From positions 248,001 through 312,000 of the forward strand of contig JAKMXF010000300.1 in the NCBI GenBank assembly GCA_024704765.1: a stretch of 64,000 bases of DNA, written 5' to 3'. Shown in pieces: positions 10,376 to 21,519 of the stretch. How positions within the stretch are numbered: position 1 is the first letter of the stretch; each line of letters starts with the position of its first letter. Origin of the DNA: Oopsacas minuta (taxonomy: Eukaryota > Animalia > Porifera). A program made the position numbers and the translations under genes. Under the pieces are notes generated by a model. It was not told the DNA's origin. It saw only the letters and a program-made list of their open reading frames with translations, and ran no database searches.

Positions 10376-13300
10376 ATGATAACTTCCAACAATACGCTAC
10401 TACTAACACGTCTGGAAAAAGTCCCTACGAATGACAAGTTAAACAAGAGACCAGCAAGATTAAGCTCGAAAAAATTTACTAGTACTAGCAAAACTAATGT
10501 AAAATCTGACAATTTATTATTATCTCGCGAAAAAACGGGTTCTAGTTTGCTATATTATAAGAGATTGGAAACGAATCCTGGCTTATCTAAACCTATTTAC
10601 TCACCAGAATTAAACAAAGTGGTCTATCGCGGCATACATGATAACATCAATCATGAATTTATTTCTCATTTCTCTACACCTCTTGAATTCAAGAAAAGAG
10701 ATTCAAATCTTCCCAACTTAAATATTTCACAAAGATTAAAACCTAAGATTACCCCTCTCACATGTACGAGTGGTAATAATCATTTCGGGGTTAGTACGTC
10801 ATCTATCCTCTCCAAACACTGCAGACAGACTAATACATTCAATTGGGTGAAACACAAGATTCCTCTTCCTCCTCCAAACCTCGAACAGGTAGAGCGAAAA
10901 CTCTATCCTCATCGGTTTAAAATTGTGCTCAAAGATATCACAACTTTCTTCTATATACCTTCTCCACCTCCTCCCATGCGAGAGGTGATCATACTACTTG
11001 AATTGATACCACCCCCACCTCCTGATATACCCAGATATCTTATGAGTGGGATTCATTCTAAAACAATTAAAGTTAGAACTGACCGTGTTCCTAATCCTAT
11101 TTTATCTATTATACCCGATCCTCCACCGAACCTGCCTAATGAATCTCAACCAATTCTGGACAGAATAGATCCTACTGGAAGTGACTTTCGCGCAGCACAT
11201 TTACTCGAAATTGTGAAAGCTGCTAATCTCAGAGAAAAGGAAAGAATTTCTAAATCTCAAAAAGCAGTCATTAGAGATAACAGAAATACAAATCCTGTAG
11301 ACTTTCATGCAATACATTTACAGGAAATTATAAATGTTGCTAACCTCAGAGAGAAAGAAAGAATTTCTAAATCTCAAAAAGTGAACATGTTGCTTGAATT
11401 GATTCCATCTCCACCCCCTGATATACCCAGTTATCTACTCAGTGAGATTATTCCTCAAACGATTAAAATTAGAACTGACTGTATCCCAAACCCGATCCTA
11501 TCTATTATACCCGATCCTCCACCAAACTTACCCAATGAATCTCAACCAATTCGGGACAGATCAGATTCTAATGGTAGTTGGGATTCTATTATTTCTCCTA
11601 CTGATGCATCTGACTTTCGTGCAGCACATCTACAGGAAATTGTGAAAGTTGCTAACCTCAGAGAGAAAGAAAGAATTTCTAAATCTCAAAAAGTGATCAT
11701 GTTGCTTGAATTGATTCCATCTCCACCCCCTGATATACCCAGTTATCTACTCAGTAAGATTATTCCTCAAACAATCAAAATTAGAACTGACTGTATCCCA
11801 AACCCTATCCTATCTATTATACCCGATCCTCCACCAAACTTACCCAATGAATCTCAACCAATTCGGGACAGAACAGATTCTAATGGTAGTTGGGATTCTA
11901 TTCTTTCTCCTACTGATGCATCTGACTTTCGTGCAGCACATCTACAGGAAATTGTGAAAGTTGCTAATCTCAGAGAGAAAGAAAGAATTTCTAAATCTCA
12001 AAAAGTGATTATGTTTCTTGAATCAGATTCTACTGATAGTTGGGATTCTATTATTTCTCCTACTGATGCATCTGACTTTCGTGCAGCACATCTACAGGAA
12101 ATTGTGAAAGTTGCTAATCTCAGAGAGAAAGAAAGAATTTCTAAATCTCAAAAAGTGATCATGTTGCTTGAATTGATTCCATCTCCACCCCCTGATATAC
12201 CCAGTTATCTACTCAGTAAGATTATTCCTCAAACAATCAAAATTAGAACTGACTGTATCCCAAACCCTATCCTATCTATTATACCCGATCCTCCACCAAA
12301 CCTGCCTAATGAATCTCGAATAACCACACCTCCATTTCTGAAAAGATCAGCAGATTCTGCTGGAAGTTGGGATTCCACTATTCCTCCCGATTCAACCAAC
12401 TTTCATGCAATACATTTACAAGAAATTGTATACGTAGCTAATCTCAGAGAAAAAGATAGAATTTATAAATCTCAAAAGGTGATCATGCTGTTTCAATCAA
12501 TACCATCTCCTCCTCCTGATATACCATACTATAAATCTACTGGCAATTTGCCTCAGGTGATCAAGGGTAATCGTGTTTCTAATCCAGTATTATTAAGGAT
12601 ACCCAATCCTCCACCAAACTTGCCTAATGAATCTGAAGTACCATCACCTCCTTTTCTGGACAGATCAGATTCTACTATTTCCCCTACTGATTCCAACTTT
12701 CGTGCCGTACACTTAAAGGAAATCGTAAAAGTTGCTAATCATCGGGAGAAAGAAAGAATTTCTAAATCTCAAAAAGCAGTCATTAGAGATTACAGAAATA
12801 CAAATCCTGTAGACTTTCATGCGAAACATTTACAGGAAATTGTAAATGTTGCTAATCTCAGAGAGAAAGAAAGAATTTCTAAATCTCAAAAGGTGATCAT
12901 GTTGCCTGAATTGATTCCATCTCCACCCCCTGATATACCCAGTTATCTACTCAGTAAGATTATTCCTCAAACAATCAAAATTAGAACTGACCGTATCCCA
13001 AATCCTATCCTATCTATTATACCCGATCCTCCACCAAACTTACCCAATGAATCTCAACCAATTCGGGACAGATCAGATTCTTCTGGAAGTTGGGATTCTA
13101 TTCTTTCTCCTGATTCAACCGACTTTCATGCAATACATTTACAAGAAATTGTAAACGTTGCTAACTTCAGAGAAAAAGATAGAATTTCTAAATCCCAAAA
13201 TGTAATCAGAGGAGATAACAGAAATACAAATCCTGTAGACTTTCGTGCAATACATTTACAGGAAATTGTTACCGCAGCTAATCTCAGAGATAAATCCACA

Positions 13301-14854
13301 AAGAAATTCAAAAATATTCTTCAAGTTAGCGATCGTAACTTTCCTCAACTACACCTAGAGGAAATACAAAGAACATCACTAGATAGACAACAAGAAAGAT
13401 ACGATACCAAAAACCTTCCCACCATACAATCCACCAGATTATCTATCTGTCTGCCTTGCTTAAAAAAGAAATCCTATTTTCTAAAACTTATTTCTGCGCT
13501 TGGATTAACTCCTGTTAATAATGATATATTTATTCATAAACATACTCAATCTTCTATCAAATTTCCGATTGAGGAAATTTTGAATCTCTTAACTGAAGTA
13601 GAGAATAATTTACTCATGGATAAACCTATTCGCGAAATTTTACCTCAATGTATTTGGAATATATGCGCTTCATCCTACCCTGATTTGACACGATCCTATA
13701 ACCATATGTCACGGCATTTGACAGCCGAAATGTACAATAGACTCTCAAAACTGAAAACAGCATCTGGATTCACAATCGATCAAGCCATACAAACAGGAGT
13801 AGATAATCCAGGAGATCCATTTAGCCTATCTGTAGGCTGTGTAGCAGGTGATGAAGATTCCTATTCAAAATTTTCAGAGTTATTTGATCCAGTTATCTAT
13901 AGTGCTAACAATGGCTATACACTTGATAGAGTTCATTGTTCTGATTTCGATCCTTACTCAATTAAAGATGGCTATTTCGATCCTAATTACGTCTTATCTT
14001 GTCAAGTGCTAGCTGCTCGTAGCATCAAAGGTTTCCCTCTGTTACCACACTGTACACGAGGTGAACGTCGTGGTGTTGAAAATGTTGTAAAAGAATGCAT
14101 TACAAACATGCCACATCCATTCAAAGGTAGTTACTATCCTCTTAGCAGTATTAAACAAGATGTCCATGGATATCTTACTGCACGTAATTTTCTATTCACT
14201 AAGCCTACATCTCCCTTAATAATATCAGCCAGAATGAATAGAGGCTGGCCAGATGCTAGAGCCATGTGGTTAAACAGAGATGAGAATTTCATGGCGTGGG
14301 TTAATACAGAAGATCATATAAGGTTAATTTCAATGGAAGAGGGTGGAGATTTTAAAAGTGTGTTTGAGAGGTTTTGCTTGGGCGTACAGCTGTTTGAAAT
14401 GACGGTATCATTAAGGGGACATGCTGTAATGAAGAGCGATCATCTTGGTTATTTATTAACCTGTCCATCTAATCTTGGTACAGGTATGATTATAACTATT
14501 ACTATGACGTCACCGAAATTACTTTCATATCCTGGATTTGAGATTATTCTTGAATTCCTTCGTCTGGAAAAGAAAGGGAAAATTGACTCGAAAACTGGAG
14601 AATTTCAAGTATGCAATAAAGATAGACTAGGATTCACTGAAGTTGAGTTAGCTCAAAGTCTCATCCATAGTGTACAGCTACTTATAAGAATTGAGAAGAC
14701 ACTTTGGTCAGGTTTGGATTTAATAAAGTTCCTACAAGAGGTCAAACCTGAATTAGCTAATCTTCTTCTCGTAGGTGTATACCCTAAAGATAATTACAAC
14801 AGAATTATGATACCAAAATTTATTCCTTCTTATCCTGCAGATATCTTGGCCTAA
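10376..14854 (+). CDS. Creatine-kinase-like phosphagen kinase domain (probably catalytically impaired) behind a ~1100 aa repetitive N-terminus
   Basis: Single 1492 aa ORF. From ~13676 it reads YPDL...NHMSRHLT, TASGFTIDQAIQTGVDNPG, GCVAGDEDSY, WVNTEDHIRLISME, LTCPSNLGTG and DRLGFTEVE, all creatine kinase fold motifs. Confidence 0.88.
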   Translation: MITSNNTLLLTRLEKVPTNDKLNKRPARLSSKKFTSTSKTNVKSDNLLLSREKTGSSLLYYKRLETNPGLSKPIYSPELNKVVYRGIHDNINHEFISHFSTPLEFKKRDSNLPNLNISQRLKPKITPLTCTSGNNHFGVSTSSILSKHCRQTNTFNWVKHKIPLPPPNLEQVERKLYPHRFKIVLKDITTFFYIPSPPPPMREVIILLELIPPPPPDIPRYLMSGIHSKTIKVRTDRVPNPILSIIPDPPPNLPNESQPILDRIDPTGSDFRAAHLLEIVKAANLREKERISKSQKAVIRDNRNTNPVDFHAIHLQEIINVANLREKERISKSQKVNMLLELIPSPPPDIPSYLLSEIIPQTIKIRTDCIPNPILSIIPDPPPNLPNESQPIRDRSDSNGSWDSIISPTDASDFRAAHLQEIVKVANLREKERISKSQKVIMLLELIPSPPPDIPSYLLSKIIPQTIKIRTDCIPNPILSIIPDPPPNLPNESQPIRDRTDSNGSWDSILSPTDASDFRAAHLQEIVKVANLREKERISKSQKVIMFLESDSTDSWDSIISPTDASDFRAAHLQEIVKVANLREKERISKSQKVIMLLELIPSPPPDIPSYLLSKIIPQTIKIRTDCIPNPILSIIPDPPPNLPNESRITTPPFLKRSADSAGSWDSTIPPDSTNFHAIHLQEIVYVANLREKDRIYKSQKVIMLFQSIPSPPPDIPYYKSTGNLPQVIKGNRVSNPVLLRIPNPPPNLPNESEVPSPPFLDRSDSTISPTDSNFRAVHLKEIVKVANHREKERISKSQKAVIRDYRNTNPVDFHAKHLQEIVNVANLREKERISKSQKVIMLPELIPSPPPDIPSYLLSKIIPQTIKIRTDRIPNPILSIIPDPPPNLPNESQPIRDRSDSSGSWDSILSPDSTDFHAIHLQEIVNVANFREKDRISKSQNVIRGDNRNTNPVDFRAIHLQEIVTAANLRDKSTKKFKNILQVSDRNFPQLHLEEIQRTSLDRQQERYDTKNLPTIQSTRLSICLPCLKKKSYFLKLISALGLTPVNNDIFIHKHTQSSIKFPIEEILNLLTEVENNLLMDKPIREILPQCIWNICASSYPDLTRSYNHMSRHLTAEMYNRLSKLKTASGFTIDQAIQTGVDNPGDPFSLSVGCVAGDEDSYSKFSELFDPVIYSANNGYTLDRVHCSDFDPYSIKDGYFDPNYVLSCQVLAARSIKGFPLLPHCTRGERRGVENVVKECITNMPHPFKGSYYPLSSIKQDVHGYLTARNFLFTKPTSPLIISARMNRGWPDARAMWLNRDENFMAWVNTEDHIRLISMEEGGDFKSVFERFCLGVQLFEMTVSLRGHAVMKSDHLGYLLTCPSNLGTGMIITITMTSPKLLSYPGFEIILEFLRLEKKGKIDSKTGEFQVCNKDRLGFTEVELAQSLIHSVQLLIRIEKTLWSGLDLIKFLQEVKPELANLLLVGVYPKDNYNRIMIPKFIPSYPADILA
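10980..13400 (+). repeat. Coding tandem array of two modules: proline-rich (~55 aa, 6 copies) and helical (~27 aa, 10 copies plus 1 degenerate)
   Basis: Near-identical copies of MLLELIPSPPPDIPSYLLSKIIPQTIKIRTDCIPNPILSIIPDPPPNLPNES and DFRAAHLQEIVKVANLREKERISKSQK, visible in both DNA and protein. Confidence 0.95.
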
Positions 14855-14943
14855 TTCTAGCGATTCTTTTGAACATGTATTGATGTATTGATTTATTGGC
14901 GATTATTTGTATATTATGTGCTATAGTATAGATATTTGTATTA

Positions 14944-15082
14944 TACAGCGCAATGGATTCCTGTTACAAGAACACCTGATATAAGCACCATCCTCTGGGA
15001 ACAGTTCGCGTATATTCCAGTATATTTTATGTCAGTTATAAGAACATGCATTGCTACTCCCGTATAACCGGCATCCGCTGTA
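14944..15082. mobile_element. Degenerate TA-flanked MITE between the CK-like gene and CFAP99
   Basis: Left TACAGCG..GGATTCCTGTTAC vs revcomp of right end TACAGCGGATGCCGGTTAT. Confidence 0.4.
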
Positions 15083-15127
15083 ATCACACTTTTGAATTGA
15101 TGATTATTTTAATGTACTTTGTTTAGC

Positions 15128-17026
15128 ATGGCAAACCAATCACAACAACCAACTCTACTCGATGTTCTTCTGAGGCTTAACAAATATGTTAAAGAAAACC
15201 CTAGCAACCTAGAGAGCTTAAAGGAATGCATCTATTCCCATCCAGTTATCTACTGCGATAATGTACCATTAGCTATAGAGTGTGCTCGTGGTTGTTTCAG
15301 ATTTTCTAAACTTATAGATACCACTGTTACTCACTTCTTCAAACACCCATTTGGTGAAACTGCTTCTAAAATGGATTCTCCTTTATATCGTGCTATAACC
15401 TACCTCGTAATTTTCCAGTTTTCAAAGTTAGGACTTGAACAATTCACTCAAATAATACGAACACAAGCACCAAGAAACATATACTTTTACTTATCATATT
15501 TACTTGATCAAGAAAATATACAAACTTGGTTCTATCAAGAATGGTGTAAGAGTTATGACACTGAATTTATTGACAATAACATCCGAAAACCACTACTAAA
15601 CATCTCTGAAGAGTTATGCGATTATTTACAAATTCTAAATAACAAAATTGATAGTAAACAAATACCCAAGCTGCCAAGCATACCCAAAATCCCCAACACA
15701 CAAACACTTCTTTTCAATCTAACTCAGTCAAAACCTAAACCAAAACCTGAGCCAGAAGAAGTATCAATTAAACTTCACTATAAACCAGTTGATCCTAAAA
15801 TATACCAAGAGCCTAATGAAATTACACAGATTGAAAGAGCTAGAGAGAATAATAGAAAGAATGCTGGTAAGAAACTGTTAGAAGCTCAGAAGAATCGTCC
15901 CAGATGCTCTAACTGGGAAAAATCTGATAAAACTAAAGCAAAGATACAGGAAATAATGGATGAGCGTGATAGTGCATTTACAGAGTCTCATACTCGTAAA
16001 GCTAAGCCTTATATACCTCCCAAACAGGATGATAATCTGGTGAAGAAAAACGCAGCTAGCATTCTGAGGGAAGGAATTATTTTCCAGAAAGAGGAGCAGA
16101 AGAAAATACAGGAAATACTGCACTTAGAAGCTGGTGGTAAAGATGCTGGTGAGTATTACAGATGGCAAGGCACTGTACTAGAGGAACAGCTGGAGAAGGA
16201 ACAGTTTGAGATAGAAAAGAAACATCTTTTGGGTAGAATAACATATGAAGAAGCTATTATAGCCAAACAACAGCTGAGTGAGGATAATAAAGTACTTGTT
16301 GAACAGTTGAAAGAGGAGCGACAAGCCCTCTTGGAGGAGTATTTCAAGCAGAGGGAGGAAGAGAAGAAGAAAATGCAGAGATTAGTTGAAGAGATAGCTG
16401 CTGGGAAAGAGAATGCTAAACTAGCACAAGAGAATCTCAAGGAAATGAAAAGGAAAATTGTTGAGCAAGTTTCAAGAGAGAATAAAGCTATGATGCAGGC
16501 TGCTATTGAAATGGCTCAAGCTGAGATGGAAAAGAAAATGGAAATGATACAACAAATACGAGCTATGGAGAAGGTACCTATTATTCGTGTACAGTTCTTT
16601 GACACTACAGAGACTGGAGGTCATGGATTGTTATCAGAGATGTCAGTTGCTGAACTTAATGAGAGAATTAATCTCATGAAAATAGCAATGCAGGAAGATG
16701 AAGAGAAGAAACGGAATGAGATTAATCTGGGAAAGAAAGAACGTAACGAGATGTTAGAATCTACTATAGAGTATATAAAGGAAGCTAGATACAATCAACA
16801 ACTTGAATCTGCTAAGAATAAGAATGTATTGTCTACAAAACAAGCGAGCAAAAAGGCACAAACAAATCCTGAAGTGTTAGCTCTGAAAGAAAGACTCCTG
16901 TCTAGCCAGAATGTTAGAAGAGAGAAGAAAGAGCTATTATCTTCTCCCAAACACTCTTCTAAGAAAGAAGAGGTTTTTCGTTCAGCTAATATTCCCAACA
17001 AGTCTGTATTAGCTGGTATACTATAG
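15128..17026 (+). CDS. CFAP99: Cilia- and flagella-associated protein 99
   Basis: FYQEWCKSYD..FI...IRKPL, KKNAASILREG, LEAGGKDAGEYYRWQ, GRITYEEAIIAKQ and GHGLLSEMSVAELNERI match the CFAP99 pattern; coiled-coil C-terminal half. First ATG at 15128. Confidence 0.8.
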   Translation: MANQSQQPTLLDVLLRLNKYVKENPSNLESLKECIYSHPVIYCDNVPLAIECARGCFRFSKLIDTTVTHFFKHPFGETASKMDSPLYRAITYLVIFQFSKLGLEQFTQIIRTQAPRNIYFYLSYLLDQENIQTWFYQEWCKSYDTEFIDNNIRKPLLNISEELCDYLQILNNKIDSKQIPKLPSIPKIPNTQTLLFNLTQSKPKPKPEPEEVSIKLHYKPVDPKIYQEPNEITQIERARENNRKNAGKKLLEAQKNRPRCSNWEKSDKTKAKIQEIMDERDSAFTESHTRKAKPYIPPKQDDNLVKKNAASILREGIIFQKEEQKKIQEILHLEAGGKDAGEYYRWQGTVLEEQLEKEQFEIEKKHLLGRITYEEAIIAKQQLSEDNKVLVEQLKEERQALLEEYFKQREEEKKKMQRLVEEIAAGKENAKLAQENLKEMKRKIVEQVSRENKAMMQAAIEMAQAEMEKKMEMIQQIRAMEKVPIIRVQFFDTTETGGHGLLSEMSVAELNERINLMKIAMQEDEEKKRNEINLGKKERNEMLESTIEYIKEARYNQQLESAKNKNVLSTKQASKKAQTNPEVLALKERLLSSQNVRREKKELLSSPKHSSKKEEVFRSANIPNKSVLAGIL

Positions 17027-17423
17027 GCACTTTCAAGCTATTCATCAACTATTTAATTCTCTCTCGCTCTTATTATTTATTAATATCGATTTAAGAGACA
17101 GACAATTTGCATTAAGTTTAATATTTTCCATTTGACTATTTGCCTTGCAAATGAACTATTGATAAGTTATAGCATTATTGAATAGTGACCCGCACATGAT
17201 AGTTATATTGAATACTCCGTAGGGTGTGGCTTAGCGTATGATCATTTAACAAATAGATATACGAGCATTTAACTCAATTAACTCGTATAAAATGGCCTAC
17301 ATCTCAGAGAGGAGAACTCAAACATTCTAACGCTATCTCCAAGTCTGACGTAGAGCGAATACACTGAATACTTTTTAGTTAACTTATGACAAAATTGGTT
17401 CTTCATATTTTAGTTATTAATTC

Positions 17424-20400
17424 ATGAGTTGGGCATGGACTGTGATCGCGGTGACTGCTCCTACACGAGACAGTGCTCTTGCCTTTCAGGCCGAGCTCGT
17501 CATACGTCAGAAGAAAGGTATTATTAACCGCGAAACCGCAATAATAACTGTAGATGATCCTAAACCTCGTATTGGCTCAGGATCTGCTACTCTCAATGCT
17601 CTGCTTTTGGTTTCAGAATTGTTATCGTCAAAAGCTGGTTTTAAAATAATGAGAACTGAAGTGTTTCAAACCGCGAGGGTACTCATATTACACGCAGGGA
17701 GATTATTCCCTTTCGCGTCTTGTGGTCGCGCCTTTTCGACCCTCCCTCTCAAAAACCATCTAACAAATGCACCGAACCTTCTCACGGAATATAGTGAGCT
17801 ACCATGCGAAATCGATCAGCTGATATCATTCCTACAAAACTACTTATGTCATAACGCGGGACCTGGTGTCTGGGTATGCTCTACTGGTATGGTGCTACAC
17901 CTATCAGCTGATAGAGTAGCTCTAGATCTGACAGATATGACAGGTGTCAAGATATTTGCTACAAAAGCTGATCCTAGTTATGCAAAGGACCATGGGGTGT
18001 GTTTATATTGTATTACTGAACTATGGATGATGTTTGTATAATAATTTAAGGTTTGTAGGCTCTCCAGTTCTGATCCTGAGGTAGTAGAAGATATCTTATT
18101 TCAAGTAGATGACCTTAAGGAATGTATTATGGAAGATGGTACAGTGCCCTTGATATCAGGGGTAGTGTTTCTCTCCCACCAGTTTGTAGAGAAGTTACTC
18201 TCATTACATGCAATCCCTCCATTAGATGCATGTACTTACATAGGCCTAGACAGCGGAGCTCAGCCTCTATCCATTTCTCTGTTCTTTGATATTCTCAGAT
18301 GCATGACTTATTCTGTTAAGCTAGATCAATTCATTGAGAGGTAACTTCCTTTAATTCCCATTTGATTAATTCAATAGATAATTACAACAGTCAACTCCCA
18401 TTATGTCGAACACGGATATATTGAAATACCCGCTTATATCAAAGTCTGAAAATGTACAAATATGGACACAAACCGTCAAACTAACATACATTTTATCGGG
18501 GTTATATCAAACACTGCTTATATAGAAATGCTTTATCGCGGTCCCTTGAGTTTCGATGAGCTGAGTTGACTGTAATATTACGTATTTTGGATGTCTGTAT
18601 TAATTAATGAGATTCTTCTATACTATTAATTGTTAATTATTTTATAGTACTTCTACACTAAGAAACAGATTCGAATTCGACCCTATATCCCCGCTAACAG
18701 AAACAATCAAGAAAGCACGTGCTATTCTCTGGAGGGAATTACGGTCTACTAGACTAACTGCTTGTCTCTTACCTGGTGTAGAACATAAGTATCCTCTCCT
18801 TATAGCTAATGAATTACTGTCTGTTTATAGACAGATAGCACCACAACACACTCATTCTAGAGTAGTAGTAATAGACTCTCCTGTTGATATAGAATTAGAT
18901 AATCAAACGTTTAAAACTAGCTTGTCAATTGAAAATGCCAAGTAAGTTTATTTATTCATATACAGTTACTCCCGTATATCGAAGCTCAAAGATAACAGAT
19001 TCGTTATATCAATGTTCGATATGACAGGAGTTGGCTGTATGTATTTTTTCATAATTAGTAAGATCCTACTTTATTCAAAATAGATTCGTCTAGCATAATT
19101 TCAAGCTAGTTTCACGGCTTTTTGAGTCTTGTAATTTATTTAATATCTCGTCTAGATTAGAAGAGAAAGATCACAGCTTCCCAGTTGTTTCTACAATTGA
19201 AAACTGTATTCTAATTAACAGTAGGCTAGAAGGACAAGTGTCAATAGGAGAAGGATCCTTGGTACTACACTGCCATATAGAAGGTAATCTACAATTCGGT
19301 AAGAGAAATATCCTCATTGAACTTGAACCAACAATATTTCAACCTTACGACAACATTAGCTCTTATCCAGCTGTATTTCCTGATGATATTATGCTACAAC
19401 AAGTTCTGCTTAAATTCTTACCTGAGAAACAACCTACTCCCGTGTGCACATCTCTATTGACAGTATTCGGTATTTATGATAATCTTATTCTGCCGGTAAA
19501 TGACGTCACTGCTACGTTTCTTAACAAACCGTGGGAGATGTTTTTCTCACGGACCGGGATAATACCTGATGATTTATGGGGACTTGATATAGAGGCTGAT
19601 AAGAAATTTCTTTTCAAAGCCAAGCTTTTCCCAGTTGCTCTGCTAGAGGGCGAGAGTATGCTCTCGTTTATAACTTGGTTAATTGGTGTGAATGACCGCG
19701 ATTTAGTTAGTAAATGGCGTGATCAGTGGCGTATGTCAATGGAGCAAGTGTTAAGACATGTTAGCTACGCTAAAACTATGGATAATCGTAGAAACCTTAC
19801 TTTTCAGATAGGATTAGAGGAAATGAGTGAGGCTCTTGTTAACGGTAGTCCCCGATATTTCCTCTCATTTTTCAGGGGTTCCTTCCACGAGGGTCGTGAA
19901 GTAGAAGTTTTAAAGAAACTTGATGAAGTAGCTAGCTCCCTAGATGACGTCATAATCCTATGTCGTGTATTCTCGTGTATAGCTGATGTGCTGGGGATAA
20001 TGGCTGGTGAAGCAGGTGGAATTAGAGGTGGCCCTGCTGCTAATGCTAATTGGAATCATGCTTTCTCTCTGATACAACAAGGCAAGTATAGGAATGCAGT
20101 GAGAGAGCTAGCTAGTGAAAGAAATGACTGGTTAGACCGGCCTGATAGGAATCTACGTGCTTCTAGACATTACGAGAGAGCTGCACAGATTCTAACTAGT
20201 ATTGGTGTGTTGTCTGTTAAGCAGTTTATAAAGGGAAGTTCATCTGGAAGAATTGAAATAGGGAAAACTTTGAAAGTAACTTGTGCGTCACGGATTGATT
20301 GGGCTGGTGGTTGGAGTGACACACCTCCGATTACGTATGAGATTGGTGGCGCTGTGTTAGATTTCGCGATAGAGATAGAAGGTCGTAAGCCTATCGTAGT

Positions 20401-21370
20401 GTTTGTTAAGAGAATACCTGAATACAAGCTTGAATTAGTAGAAAGTGATGGAGAGAGTGAGAAAGAAATTATTTGTACGGAATTACAAGAAATATCTGAC
20501 TATAACCAACCATATGCATTCGCTAGCCTTCTAAAAGCATGTTTTGTATGTACAGGTATTCTCGAGTATCCTTCTACTCGCTCTCTAGCTCATCAGCTGA
20601 GAGATAAGTTAGATAGCGGAGTAAGGGTAGTGTCTATAACATATCTTCCTCAAGGATCAGGGTTAGGTACTAGTTCAATACTAGCAGGTGCTATTCTTGC
20701 TGGTCTATGGCGATTGACAGGTGTCATGCATGACAACCTGTCACTCTCTCATGCAGTGCTACACCTAGAACAGCTCCTTACGACGGGAGGAGGCTGGCAA
20801 GATCAATGTGGAGGGATTTTCCCTGGAGCAAAACTATCTAGCACTTCTAAAGGTTTACCACTTAAAATCACAGTAGAAGAGATTCTTATTTCAGAAGAAA
20901 TTATTGATAAATTCAATAGACATTTTGTACTGGTTTACACAGGTAAAACTAGACTAGCTAGGAATTTGCTGCAGGATGTACTAAGAAATTGGCATGCACG
21001 TCTACCTGCTATTGTCTTGAATGTTAACGATCTTGCTTTGAATGCTCGAGCTTCTGTAGAAGCACTGCGTAATGGAGATTTTGTAAAGTTAGGAAAATGT
21101 TTGAGTATGTCTGGAATGCATAAATTGATAATGGCTCCTGGTTCAATGCCTTTAAGAATTGAATTATTTATTGACCAGGTTAAGGACGATCTCCTGGGGT
21201 ACCAGATGGCAGGAGCTGGGGGTGGGGGCTTCATGATCCTCCTCACCAAGGAACCTAATCAACAAGAGAAGATGAATACGATTCTTGGGAATATTCCTGA
21301 AATGTCTGGAGCTAGAGTTTACCCTGCGGTATTCTCCAGAACAGGTTTAGAATATGAAATACTCGATTAG
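17424..21370 (+). CDS. FCSK: L-fucose kinase (5 exons: 17424-~17995, 18051-18340, ~18648-18788, ~18830-18941, ~19159-21370)
   Basis: N-terminus WTVIAVTAP, VDDPKPRIGSGSATLNALL, LILHAGR; GHMP kinase motifs RIDWAGGWSDTPP, LPQGSGLGTSSILAGA, LTTGGGWQDQCGG and AGAGGGGF. Confidence 0.93.
18388..18574. mobile_element. MITE family A in FCSK intron
   Basis: TIRs CAGTCAACTC ... GAGTTGACTG(TA); shared internal TTAT(G/A)TCGAACACGGATATA and CCCTTGAG(C/T)TTCGAT. Confidence 0.8.
18961..19039. mobile_element. Short MITE family A copy in FCSK intron
   Basis: TACAGTTACTCCCGTATATCGAAGCTCAA ... TTCGATATGACAGGAGTTGGCTGTA. Confidence 0.7.
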
Positions 21371-21519
21371 CCATAACGTGTTGTTGATATGCATACATTT
21401 AAATTATCTTCTCTATTTATTATCTATATCACTATATTAACCTATTTTTACTTGTATACTTGATCTCCAAGTTTATCTTATTTGATTAGTTCTAACACAT
21501 AAACAGCAAGTGTAACAAG

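Noticed and set aside
11160-13290. Regularly spaced near-identical DNA repeats as a CRISPR-like or satellite array
   Set aside because: All units stay in frame within one ORF and vary like codons; eukaryotic context, no unique spacers or cas genes.
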